A stretch of DNA of 64,000 bases, from assembly GCF_964204645.1 (NCBI RefSeq), contig NC_134026.1:9881950-9945949 (forward strand). The letters run 5' to 3'. This document shows positions 1 to 16,500 of this stretch, piece after piece. The notes beneath the pieces were generated by a model. That model did no database searches. It was given only the letters and a program-made list of their open reading frames with translations, and had not been told where the DNA came from. Source of the DNA: Tubulanus polymorphus (Eukaryota; Animalia; Nemertea). The first letter of the stretch is position 1; each line of letters opens with the position of its first letter. The translations under genes were made by a program, and so were the position numbers.

Positions 1-902
1 ATATAAGATAGTTGAGTATTGATCCATTTCTCCTTTTTTTCCTTAGGGATTATCTGTAAGATCGACTGGTTTGTAGACCAATGAATAAGATTGAACTAAT
101 CGCAGTTGCTAGGCCCAGTTCTTAAGATAATGACACAAATACATTGGTCCTAAAACAATTCAACTTGAACAATTAATCTATTTCATTGGTTTTGAGAGAT
201 TAAAGTTTTTGAGCCTGTCCAAAACTTCATAAGTTGTGTCCTCTTAAACACTGAATTGACCTGCTTCATCTGATTATTGCCAGGATACCCACAAGTTGTA
301 AGTGGATAGGGGTTATATGTATAACGCTTATTATCATTGTTCCTACAGTGCTACATCACCTGAAGTGTTAAAGTGACTTTGATTAGATAAGAATAATTTT
401 CAAGTAATATTAGTGTTAGTCATTAAAACAGTTTATTCCAGTAACCAGTGATTTCAATCGGTTGAATTAACTTACTAAAATTAGATTATAATAAGGTATT
501 GGGTGATTTCAGGTTTGGGGTTAGTAAGGTATTAAGTTCTGTGCTCAACACAGGTTATTATATCCATCAATTTTCAAATCCAAAATTGAAATCACACAAT
601 AGGTAACTATATAGGTAACAATAAGTTGGGTACAAACGAATTACTACCGGCATTCAGAGCTGCTGATATTCAGCACAGCACCACCTATCAGTTTGACAAT
701 TATTTTGCAAAATAAGTCTCAATAAAATATAAATCAAATCATAGCATTATACTTTCTGTGCAGGATTTCCTTCAGATCCTAATTCGGTTGGCAGGGGTAT
801 CCCTGGCCTAAACTATTGGGTGGTTTGTTCAATAAAACTGGACCTTTTTGTTAGAGTTTTAAGCAAACTATATTCATAGATAGAGAACCATATAATATTT
901 AC

Positions 903-5959
<5,057 letters not shown>

Positions 5960-6900
5960 TTTTCTGCCCCTCAGATTTCGAAATCACCGACAATGTTGTT
6001 CATTTACGGCTGCATTGAGGCCATTCTGAAATGGAAACATTTACACGCTACTGGTTAGAAGAATGAGACGGAGTGTCGGAAATGCCATCTTGTATAAAAC
6101 GTAATGACTGGTGCCAATCCCATCAGGTTCGAAATCCGACAATGCTGCAATATTCGCGATAATTCAAAACTTTTTGAAATTATCGCGCGAGAAAACCAAA
6201 CTTTTGAATTCTCGCGCGAGAAAACCAAAAGTTTTGAATTCTCGCGTGAGAAAACCAAAAAAGGGCCACTGTGAAAATTTTTTTAACGTTGCTCTCCAGA
6301 CAGAAAAATTTTTTAGTATGGCCCGAATCAGCCACCATAGTAAATATCCACTTCGTTACTTCTTTAACAAATTTTCAAAAATTTTCATTCAAAAACAAAA
6401 TTTTGATTTGAATACTCTACTCACTTCTTGCAGTTTTTCTCAGGCTAATAGGCTGACTAAATGTAAAATTACCTCGTCCCTTCGATCGTGGTGTAGTGCA
6501 GATAGTGAGATGTTATGGCATGCCGAATAATACAATTACCGCAAAAAATCTATAATTTCATTAGCAACAAATTCAATTCGACACTTTGCCCTGCCTGTCA
6601 ATACCCGGAAGCCAGTGTTCGATTGTCGTAAAATGCTACCGTTGACGCCGTTGCTATGAGCGTCGTTAAGGATGAAATATCAATTACCAAAAGATATCAA
6701 TTTTCTTATTTTAAAAAACCTAAAGATGTATTTGCTTTTGACCGGAGAAACAGTAATTTTAGAAATTAATTGATATTTTGTGAAAATGTTTTATTTTTAT
6801 TATCGTAAAATAAACTGCCGTACACAGGGTGGTATTTCCGGCTCGACACACGTGTGGTTGTTTATTAGGCCTAGTTGTTTAATTATCCTGTACGTAGCCG
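5960..6900. promoter_or_regulatory. Probable PPP1R42 promoter, possibly shared bidirectionally with WDR36
   Basis: CpG-richer stretch upstream of the PPP1R42 ATG with ETS-like CGGAAA/CCGGAAG (~6077, ~6606), YY1-like GCCATCTT (~6084) and RFX half-sites (TAGCAAC ~6562, GTTGCTATG ~6650). The two genes are head-to-head. Confidence 0.45.
6175..6262. repeat. 29-bp tandem repeat, 3 copies
   Basis: Unit TCGCGCGAGAAAACCAAA(C/A)(G)TTTTGAATTC, visible directly. Confidence 0.9.
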
Positions 6901-7228
6901 ATATTTGGCTCTCTAAAGGTATGTGGCACATTCAGCTGATGATATAATGAAATAGTTAGCGCTCTCATCGGAGTCAGTAGCCTAGGCCACTCCACCGGGC
7001 ACTGGGGCGATTGACAATTCAATTCAAATACTTTATTGACACTTATTAATTTTACAATAAAACATTTTAGTGCTATGTCAGCAAAGTTAAACAAGACAAA
7101 GAAATGGATAAAATGATGACTAATTATAAAACATGTGAAAAGATATACAGGGTAAAATATGAGCAAGTCGACCGGCGGCAGCACAGTAGATTTGTGGCGA
7201 GATTGACCATGGAACCAACCTTCAGACC

Positions 7229-8496
7229 TGATGACCAGTCCGCGATAGCATTATATCCGTCTTTTGAGGAAAACTCGCCAATTCAGAGCCGCACTATTCA
7301 AAATCGCTGAAATCCGGAAGTGCCGTATCACCTCATCGTAGACGGCCGTTTTACGAAATAGTTCCTTTTACCTGGGATATTGCCAAGTCTTTTCCGTGAA
7401 GGGTTTCTGCTCTTTTAATAGCAAATATCCAAACGAGGATTGATTTCGAGATAGTTCATCGAAAATTCCAGTCATGTACGCCTACCCAAAGCCGCGTGCG
7501 CCGGCATTTTTTATCGCGCAGTAATTTGGCTATTAGCCAATAGCGTAGAAGGCGGCCTATTTAAGAGCGGTCAGAACCGCATTTCTGACATTCCGTGTTT
7601 GAGACATGTTGAGAGAGGTTGTAATCGCTCGCTGAATAATCGATCTCTTAAAAATCGCCAGACGCACAGTCTAATTGCCTTATTCAGGTCTGTATTGACC
7701 CCGGAATGATGCGATACTTTGTCTGAACCCGAAATCAATCAAGGGAGACTCCGACCAAGGATCACTGCAATGGAAGAACATCATAGCCTTTTATCCCGTA
7801 TGAATTACGTTTATTCGACTTCGAGTGGACTCGCCTCGATTATTAGTCTCTACCTTTTCTCGCTCGAAGACTTTCATCGCCTGAGCTTCGAGCGAATTCT
7901 CTCGAATCATGACTCGGGTAATCTGCGTTGTCTTGACAACGCGGGTTTCTCTCGAAGTCGGATACTCGCCCTTGCCGCCTCTCGACCGGAGCTCGCTCGG
8001 AGGTCCGAGGCCTAGTCAAATCCTAATAGCCTGTTCATTTCGCCACGATTCTCGACCTGAATAAATCAATAAATATTCATACATGTCATTTTTAACTATG
8101 AATTGTTACTTCTTTTGATTATGCGTTCGATTTTTCGGAGTATATATATTCGAGCATGATATTCTAGTAATGCGATTGCCTCATTTGCCTATGACTGTCG
8201 CGAGATTCAGTGGGATTCGGTAGAGCTTATGGAAACCGGAATAAAATTCAGACTGCACTTGAATTTTATAGTCGAAGAAACCCATCGCCTATTTTTAGTT
8301 TCTCTCGAATTTACGGTCGGAGTCGATTCGATTACGAATGGCCGACGTAACGAAAGTGGTGACTCCCGGCTGTGGTTCTTGAGAAATTCGACCGACTGTA
8401 CTGGTCAGAGTTATGTTTAGGCGGGGAAACCGAATCGAATCTCACGAGTTAGCAAATCGCATAGTATTTTTCAACGATTGTCCTAGGGCGGTCATT
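7229..8496 (+). mobile_element. CpG-rich insertion resembling a solo LTR
   Basis: Starts TGATGACC, ends GGTCATT, flanked by GACC on both sides. Internal CCAAT (7537), TATTTAAG (7558) and AATAAA (~8060). No coding capacity recognised. Confidence 0.4.
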
Positions 8497-8902
8497 GACC
8501 CCTTATTCTGTCCTCTCCAGGAGCAGAATCGACCTAGGCGTACCCACCTGTAGCGGACCTATTCTGGACTTACCTACTCTCGCTACCAAGATTTAATGCC
8601 GTATATACTGTCGACCCCGTGCCGCTACAAATTAGAATGACCGAGTAGATTGATTTAAATACCTGACGTCCTGATATCGGCAATGGAATTGATAAAATTA
8701 CTGACTAGAATACAAATTTCATGGTCATCGTTGTAGCTCATAAAAATTTAAAAAGTTCATCGTCAGACATTAGGTCAATATCCACGAATTCGCGAAGCTT
8801 TTCGAATAGGGTATTTCTTACATGAGTATAAAGTGGACAGAACAACAGAAAGTGTTTTTCATCCTCGACCATATTCAAATTACAATATTTACAAAAGCGT
8901 TG

Positions 8903-9117
8903 GGTAAAAGTGCAGATCTGCACCTCTCCGCGTAAACGGTTCAATCAATTACATTAAATACCATTGTTTCAGATTCAAAATGTCATCAGCAATTCAGTAC
9001 ATTGCCATTGGTTAATTTTAAGATATCTTCACTAGAGAGAATAGAAAGATTTTAGCCTGGATTCTGTCATTCAGCAGATTGCGTCAATCACGAGAGGTGC
9101 GGATCTGCACTTTTAAC
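8903..9117. mobile_element. 215-bp MITE inserted in LINE ORF2
   Basis: TIR GGTAAAAGTGCAGATCTGCACCTCTC / GAGAGGTGCGGATCTGCACTTTTAAC. TSD AAGCGTTG(G), 8-9 bp. Removing it restores the peptide ADQRFCKYC. Confidence 0.85.
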
Positions 9118-9380
9118 AAGCGTTGGTCTGCTGCGATGAAAGGCTTAGAATATCTGTCGCTTTCGATTTGAAGTTTATGGGCACTAGTGCGTAGTCTAGA
9201 AAATGCTCTACGCTTCACAAAGGTATTGATAAATGATAAATAGTTTTCTAAACAAAAGATATTCTTAAAGAGTTTATAGGTCCTTAGCTTGGATTTTCCT
9301 TTGCCTATGTCATTCACAGAAACAAAAAGAGAGAACCGTTGTTGTTCGAATCAACAATTCAATTCAACATTTTCGTCCTG

Positions 9381-9450
9381 TCCTGTGGCATGGTGGATAA
9401 AGTGTTGACTCACAACCGAGAGGTTGAATCCTAGTGAAACCATGTTGGCC
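9381..9450 (+). mobile_element. Degenerate tRNA-derived SINE head
   Basis: A-box-like TGGCATGGTGG and B-box-like GGTTGAATCC. Confidence 0.4.
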
Positions 9451-10509
9451 AGTAATAGGTAGAATTTGAGACTTTATTTAACCCCTCACTTTTACACAAT
9501 TGTTCATTTAACCTTTCACTCCCAGATAATTATGCAGGCTCTGATATGTAGATAGGTTTGCTCATCTTTTATGGTTTCCTTTACTACAAGTCGAGGCTGC
9601 TCACACCGATATTTCAGTCGCAATGCCTTGGTTGACATATGACTAAATTAGTGACTAGAATTTCTGTCTCTATCGTTAGGCCACATGTTAAAAATATGCG
9701 AAATACCATTTAATAATAATCAATAATATGTTGTAAGTTCAATTCAATATCCAAGACCTGTTAACGCAAATTCTAGAAATACTTGGATAGAGCAGTTTGT
9801 ATTTAAGTATGTTTCATTATGTAGACATTATGTTCTAGGTTCCATGTTCTAGATGAATAAGTCTTCTTTGCCTAAATGTCTAACCTTTGTGACTGAGGTG
9901 CCTGTGGCATGGCTAATGCCCTTCTCGTACTAGTATCTAGAAAATATAGATATAGTCGCGTTTGAAAAGAAATTTTAACATAACTATAGAATATTACGTA
10001 ATGCTCTTTTCTTACCAAAGCAGGACTGTTTGATACTCATAGGTAATCTTGAAGACAAAGAGTTCATTCAAACAAACTAAAAGGGATTTTCACAATTCTT
10101 TTCATAATGCACTCTCAATGACCAATATCCCTATAAGTATTATAAGCTTTATTCAGAGTGTATCCATACAATTTTATATATGTGATAAGTCCTTATGACT
10201 CAAAGTTTATGTGAGTTGGACCTGGACTGGGTTAGGTTTGGAGACTAAGGTTAGGGACACCTTATCCTGCTGTCGATGTACTGCATAAAAATTCTTAAAT
10301 CATTAACATGGTGATGGGTTTTTTGCAGTCTAATGGTATGCAGGGTTATTTGCTCCCAGACAGAATGTTGATAAATGATGGTGTGAAAAAAACTATGCTA
10401 GCTTCTAAAGATCTCTTGCCGAGTTATTCACAAGAAATATGACCAGGAATTGGCTATGAATGACCCAATGTTTGCATTTATTTTACAGGTGTGCTACAGA
10501 GAGAACGTC

Positions 10510-13500
10510 ATGCCCATTTCTGGCAGTAAGATATTTTGTGGTTACCGAGCAGCTGGTTTTTCAAGCAACCACGTACCACTAGTTGTTCGTTACAATGTTA
10601 GGCACAAAGATAACTATGTTGTTACCTGTGTTGGAAAATCCTTTCACACATACAACGTAAGTTCCGTGATTAAGTGCTTTTTTTATTAGTTTGGGAGTAC
10701 GGGTTATTTAGAGAAGAACAATGGAAGAGCAGCGAAACTTGTGTGGAATTAATTACATGATTAGATTGCTTGAAATTAATTTTTTTTTCTTATCTTGATG
10801 CAAACCCAATGGAGAACTAGAAAGAAAGCATGTTTCTTTTTGATTTGATGTTTTTGGTGGAACTCTGGACAGTGGATGCATAGTCTAACCTACTTAAATA
10901 AAGGCCTTAGGCCTTAAGTATGGCGATTCTTATATTTGATGCGTTTGTCTTTTTAGTGTTCGAAGCTCGGACTCGTAAGCGTTAGTAAGTATGAAAGTAC
11001 ATCTTTGACTGGGTCTTTTCTTTGAAACGTCTTTTTAGGTCATACTGAGAATCTTTGAAAGTTGTGTTTCGGTTACCGGGTGAATATTGTTAGTTCAGAT
11101 TGCATCGTATTGATAATGTTTTACAGGTGACAGTCACGCATGCGATATAGAGTGTATGGCTGTTGATGCTACTAGAGTGTTCACCGCATGCAAGAATAAA
11201 ATATTTGCATTCAATCGAGGAAAACATGTAAGTTAACTGATGTGCTATTTTAACTTTGCAACTTGCCTTTATGGTGATTACAAATATCTACACAAACATC
11301 CTATTGCAGAGTGGCCACAATGTTAAGGTCTTTGGTTTCTGCATAATGATCTCCAGGGGCTTTGAATATTTGAATTTTCAGATTACTGAGCATTTAAGTA
11401 CTACTTCAGTAGTGGACATGGTGTACCATGACTCTAGTTAGTGAAAAAGTTTGGCATTTTCTGATGATGTATATTTTTGTGTGATATCAGGTTGAGCACT
11501 CGTATGTTGGTCATGAATCGAATGTGCACATTCTCCTGCCATTCGGGAATCATTTGCTGTCAGTTGATGAAAAAAGTTGTTTGAAGATTTGGGATATTGA
11601 AGCAGAAGGTATGTGTGTCTGTATAGTAAACTTCAAAAAAAAATCTTAAATCTTCATTACGATAGCCTAAATGTTTTATTGAGCTGATATTTATTTTTGA
11701 CCTTGACTGTATCCTAATAGTCATCTTCGGGGTACAGTATGATGTATGGACTGAAGTATTCCTGAAGATGGTAATTGGGATATAATTGATACCTTGAATG
11801 AATAATAGCTCAAGGAAACACATTTTTAGAGTGGGATCATGGAACTGGATCCTGAAGTCTTACATTAACAATATGAAATTTTTGCATCTTATGATGCCGA
11901 AATATGATGATAAAATTGCTTCGGTACTCTGGAGGGTACTGTCACAAAAAAATGAAAATATTTCATATTTTTGGTTTACCTTTGTCAGCGATATGATGTT
12001 GGCATTGAGCCAATTCATGTAAAATCGCGGTACGTTTTTTTATGTGAGCATTTGTTTCATTGGTTCTCGGCTTAAACGACGTATAATCGATGCGATTGAA
12101 GACATGGCGAACCTCCGTCGATGACATGGTCAACTGAGTTAAAATTCTACGAAAAACTGTTTTTGGCGGGAAAATTCTTAGCTCTTACGTATAAAATTGC
12201 AATGACCTCGATTGGGAGGCGTTGTCTCTACGAGAAAATGTGATTGGCTGTTTTTGGGATTTACGGGGAATTCCGGCGCTACTAAAATAATTATGGGAAA
12301 GCCATGGAATGGCAAACGTTTCATTGGACTAGGTGCCGTATATGTGCGAATTTCAAATGCTCATTGCTGGTGATAATGTAATTATTATTCGCCATAGGTA
12401 TTGTTTCATTTTAATACCCGGTGATTGATTTGATTGACATTGAAGTGCAGCGAACATTCACTTACACAAGGCCTCCACGTGTGCGCGGAAATCATAAGAA
12501 GATTAGACTGTTGCGCACACAAACACACGCGCGTACAGTATACACTACTATAGTGATACTGTAACGCTGCTTGCTGGCGCATTTGACATTTAATCAGCAG
12601 AAGATGAGCGCTGTGTTTTCTGTTTGATAGAATTTGTAATAAATTGTTATTTCTTGTGATCTGAAAATACTAAGCAGCAAACTATAGGTATAGGTCGAGG
12701 TCTGAATATTGAAGTGGTGAATTCCAGGATTTAAAACGATCTAATACGCCGATTTCTTACTGCACCGGTATTTTAGCTTCCGCGGCCATACATGCAGCCA
12801 CCCTCTGATATGTGACATCATATGAATTTCATTTGAATATTTTTTCATATTATGAAAATTATTTCTTTGAAAATATAAAATAGTTTCCATGCCGCGCCTA
12901 CCTGTACCCTATGAAATTTTTGGTGGGGACCGTAAACAAATGTATATCTTTGGTCTTTTGACTACAAAATAATCCTTTAAGAAAGATATTTAAACTTGTA
13001 GAACTTTGAAGTCACGAATTAAAAAGATTTTTCAAGCAATGCCCTTACCCCAAACAACCTCTAGCTTTCAAGGTAAACCACACTTTGCCCATGGGCAATT
13101 TATTTATTTCATATAGAGGAATATCTGGAGTTGAAATTCGAGAACGCTTCGTTTCAAGTGTCGGCTCTTGTTCATCCGAACACATACCTGAATAAGATTC
13201 TTATCGGCAGCAAACAGGGCAGCCTGCAACTATGGAATATCCATACCAGTAAACTCATTTACACATTTCCCGGTTGGGGTGCACAGATCACTATACTGGA
13301 ACAGGTATGTGTTGTTATGTAATTTTTCGCCATTTTCGAAGGCAGAGGGATTCCAGTCTGTTAGTATTATTCTAGGTGACTAGGCGCATACCTGTTCACC
13401 CATCAGAAATTGCATTCTATTTAGTCAAGGTGTTTGTGCCGTGGCAGTTTCTGAAATCCATTAAGTCGATTCACTGCTGAGTGAGTGGGAATCTTTGCCA

Positions 13501-16500
13501 CATGGGCTTGTTGAACTCCTTTTGTTAGAGATGCTTACTGTTAGTATTCATAAAGTCTGAATTGGCACCATGTATGGTCTCACAAAAATTGATCAAATGT
13601 CAAATCAAGACTCCCGTTTGCAGTGAAAAATTCTCTGGTACTCCAATTGGCACTGCCATGTAGTCTTGTTTGTGTAAACAAATTTTGTCAAAGCTTAAAT
13701 TCATGTTGTATTTTCCCTCCCATGAAGGCACCTGCAGTAGATGTTATCGCAGTTGGACATTCGGATGGACAAATAGTGCTACACAATATTCGATATGATG
13801 AAACATTGATGAAATTCACACAAGAATGGGGTCCAGTCACAGCGATTTCATTTAGAACAGGTAAATTAAAGGACTACATAGTATGGCTATTTCTGTTATC
13901 TTTATTACTCGATGTAAATCAAATAACTACCTAAATATATTTACCAGTACACTTGAACTGATTGAAGGGAATCATTTAAGGTACCAGTAATTGTATTGTT
14001 ATTGTTGCAGTTGTTTTGTTTGTAGGAGCAGTGTGAGTGTGGCCAGGCCATTATTCAACTCTTGGATGACAGGTTTTGGATTTGAGCCCTTCCACTGCAC
14101 CGTAGTGTCCGTGGGCAAATACTTGTCTTCATCACCTCGCTCTCGCTCCCCCCAGGAGGAGTAACCGGGCCTAGGAGGTCACTCCTGAGTATTTTGCTAT
14201 CATGGACTGATACACACATGTTTCCGCCATTCCACCCTTTCATCGGTCACAACTAGTGACTAATGAAATGGTGGCAATCACGATTGATTTCTTCTTGGTA
14301 CAAAGCTGATTCCCAAAAAGTGATTGAAAACAAGTATGAACACATACTTCAACCAAGACGAAATATCAATACGAAGGAGCTGCTTCTTAGAATTGATAAG
14401 TTGACAGAGATTGATTTATTTTTCATCCATCCATTTTAGATGGTCATGCTGTTATGGTAACTGGAAGTACCATTGGACATGTGGCATTATGGGACCTGGA
14501 GAAGAAGCGTCTGCTTAGCCAGATTCGAGATGCGCACCACAGTGCCGTGTCTGGAATGAAATGTCTTCCCTGTGAACCTCTCATGGTCACATCGTCGGCA
14601 GACAATTCGTTAAAGGTGTGAAATGTATTTGATTATTAGTATAGAAGTCTAGTACTCATTACTTCTGTTAATCTTATGTACTCAAGAATATTGAACCTAC
14701 TTCCATACTTCTTGGTAAGATTGGACTCTAATTTATTGAATCTTGAAACTGGACCCTGATTTCTTGCGCTTGATGCATAGCGAAATATGTTATTGAGTGT
14801 TCTTTGACCTTAATATCTAGATTAATTTGAACATTTCCATATTTCCGTGGAAATATATCATTTTGTTACTAATATCGCTGTGAAGAGTTGTACAGCCTTG
14901 TTCAACATTTGTAATTCAATTATTTAGGTTTGGATATTTGATCAACCGGATGGTGGAGGCAGGCTCTTAAATCAGCGAACTGGGCACAGTGCTCCACCAA
15001 ATAAAGTGCGTTTCCATGATCGGAAAGGTCACAATATATTGAGTGCAGGTGAATTTTGAAAGCTTTTTACAACGATGATGTTAGAATGTTGTTATTTAAC
15101 CCATTAGCACTCAGGAATTTCACTATGTAGTGTCAATTACTCCTCAGAAAATTCAAGTGAAAATCCATGTTCATCACAATATACTGAATAGCTCATTTGC
15201 TGTTTATTTCCATGCATTACAAGTTTGTGTTATTTTGCAGTAAACAGTCAAGGCTTTCATATGATGTAAGATTTGATGAGGTGGGCCACCAAAATCGTGT
15301 CCTTTTGGCCACCGAAATTCATCCAAACTTACTTGGATTTGAAGTGAGCGCTCAGATCTGCCATGCTCGTACTCAAAATACGAGAAATTGAAATAGGAGG
15401 ATGTTTGATTTGATTTGATTTATTTGATGATTATCATGATACAAATATAAATACATAATTGTTACAAAATGTTTATGTATAATACATGACAATCATCAGG
15501 ACCTCGGAAATCATTAAGTGATTGTCAAGTGATGTTGATTTCTGTGCATTATTTCGAGGACTTATGTGTCTAGTTTATCATAAACTGTTGGGTTTGAATC
15601 CCACTATAACCATTTTTGCAGCATATGAAAAAATTGCTGGGGGCTGATTCGGCCGGCTTGGGGTGTAATGGGCAGAGCAGATACGGGCGGTTTGAGTGCT
15701 AATGGGTTAACCTTAAACTACAGTAGATTCCGCCTAACTCAAAAAAGAATTGGGTACAGTGATTTTTGGTCAGCCATGATTCTATTAAAACTGGGAATTG
15801 TATTGATACTGCCTACTGTTATCACCATGCATACAGCAAATATAGCAGACATAACAGTCTGTTTCTAGACACCTTTGGCCCATTTCGCAGAACAAAGTTT
15901 TGTTAGTCATGAAAGTATAGTAGAAAAACCAGAAACATAGCATAAATTCGTTTGTGAAACGGGCCCAGGACTCATATACCCGCGTATGTTTGGTGCACAT
16001 TTAGGCCTTTAAGGCAGAAGTCTACAACAGTAGTCTACAACATAGGCTGACTAAATTGATTGATATATATTTTATATTATTCTATGTATCATGACTAATC
16101 ATTTTTGGTGAACTGTTGTTAACATTTGTATTCTCTGATTGTATTCCATATCAGGTCAAGACAGCACGTTACAGTCATTTTCCACTGTACATGACAGTAA
16201 GAATCGTAGTCTCGGCAGAGCATCCTATAACAAAAAAGAAAGCAAGAAAGTGGGCCTGAAAAAGGACCTGAATATGATGCCCCCTATTACAGACTTTACA
16301 TCAGGTATTGTTAATTCATAAATTATCAGAAAGCAATTCCATAGTACAATGAAAGATTGAGAATGATTGAGAACTTCTTTTTTCTTCTTAATTACTAGAG
16401 AGTTCGCGCCAGAGCGACTGGGATAGTATTGTCGCTTGTCACCGCGGCTGTACACAAGTGACAACCTGGGACTACAATCGCTACACTATGGGAAAATACA

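Larger units (their letters stand above)
7013..9366 (-). mobile_element. 5'-truncated non-LTR retrotransposon (CR1/L2-group-like), interrupted by two insertions
   Basis: Minus-strand ORF2 C-terminus KLRTYKLFK..LENYL..RRAFSRLRTSAHKLQIESDRY..RFCKYCNLNMVEDEKHFLLFCPLY (9317-8738). 3' tail AATAAAGTATTTGAATTGAATTG at ~7013-7037. ACAATTCAATTCAA flanks both ends. Confidence 0.85.

Noticed and set aside
779-843. Possible terminal PPP1R42 exon (GPVLLNKPPNSLGQGYPCQPN-stop)
   Set aside because: Weak acceptor, a 59-nt intron and no recognisable similarity; the true 3' exons may be outside the window.
6267-6273. CACAGTG heptamer (RAG RSS-like), also at ~1232 and ~29208
   Set aside because: No nonamer at 12/23 spacing, no partner end, and no RAG or Transib coding sequence.
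6111-6530. 139-aa ORF
   Set aside because: Produced by the 29-bp tandem repeat and AT-rich sequence; no recognisable protein.
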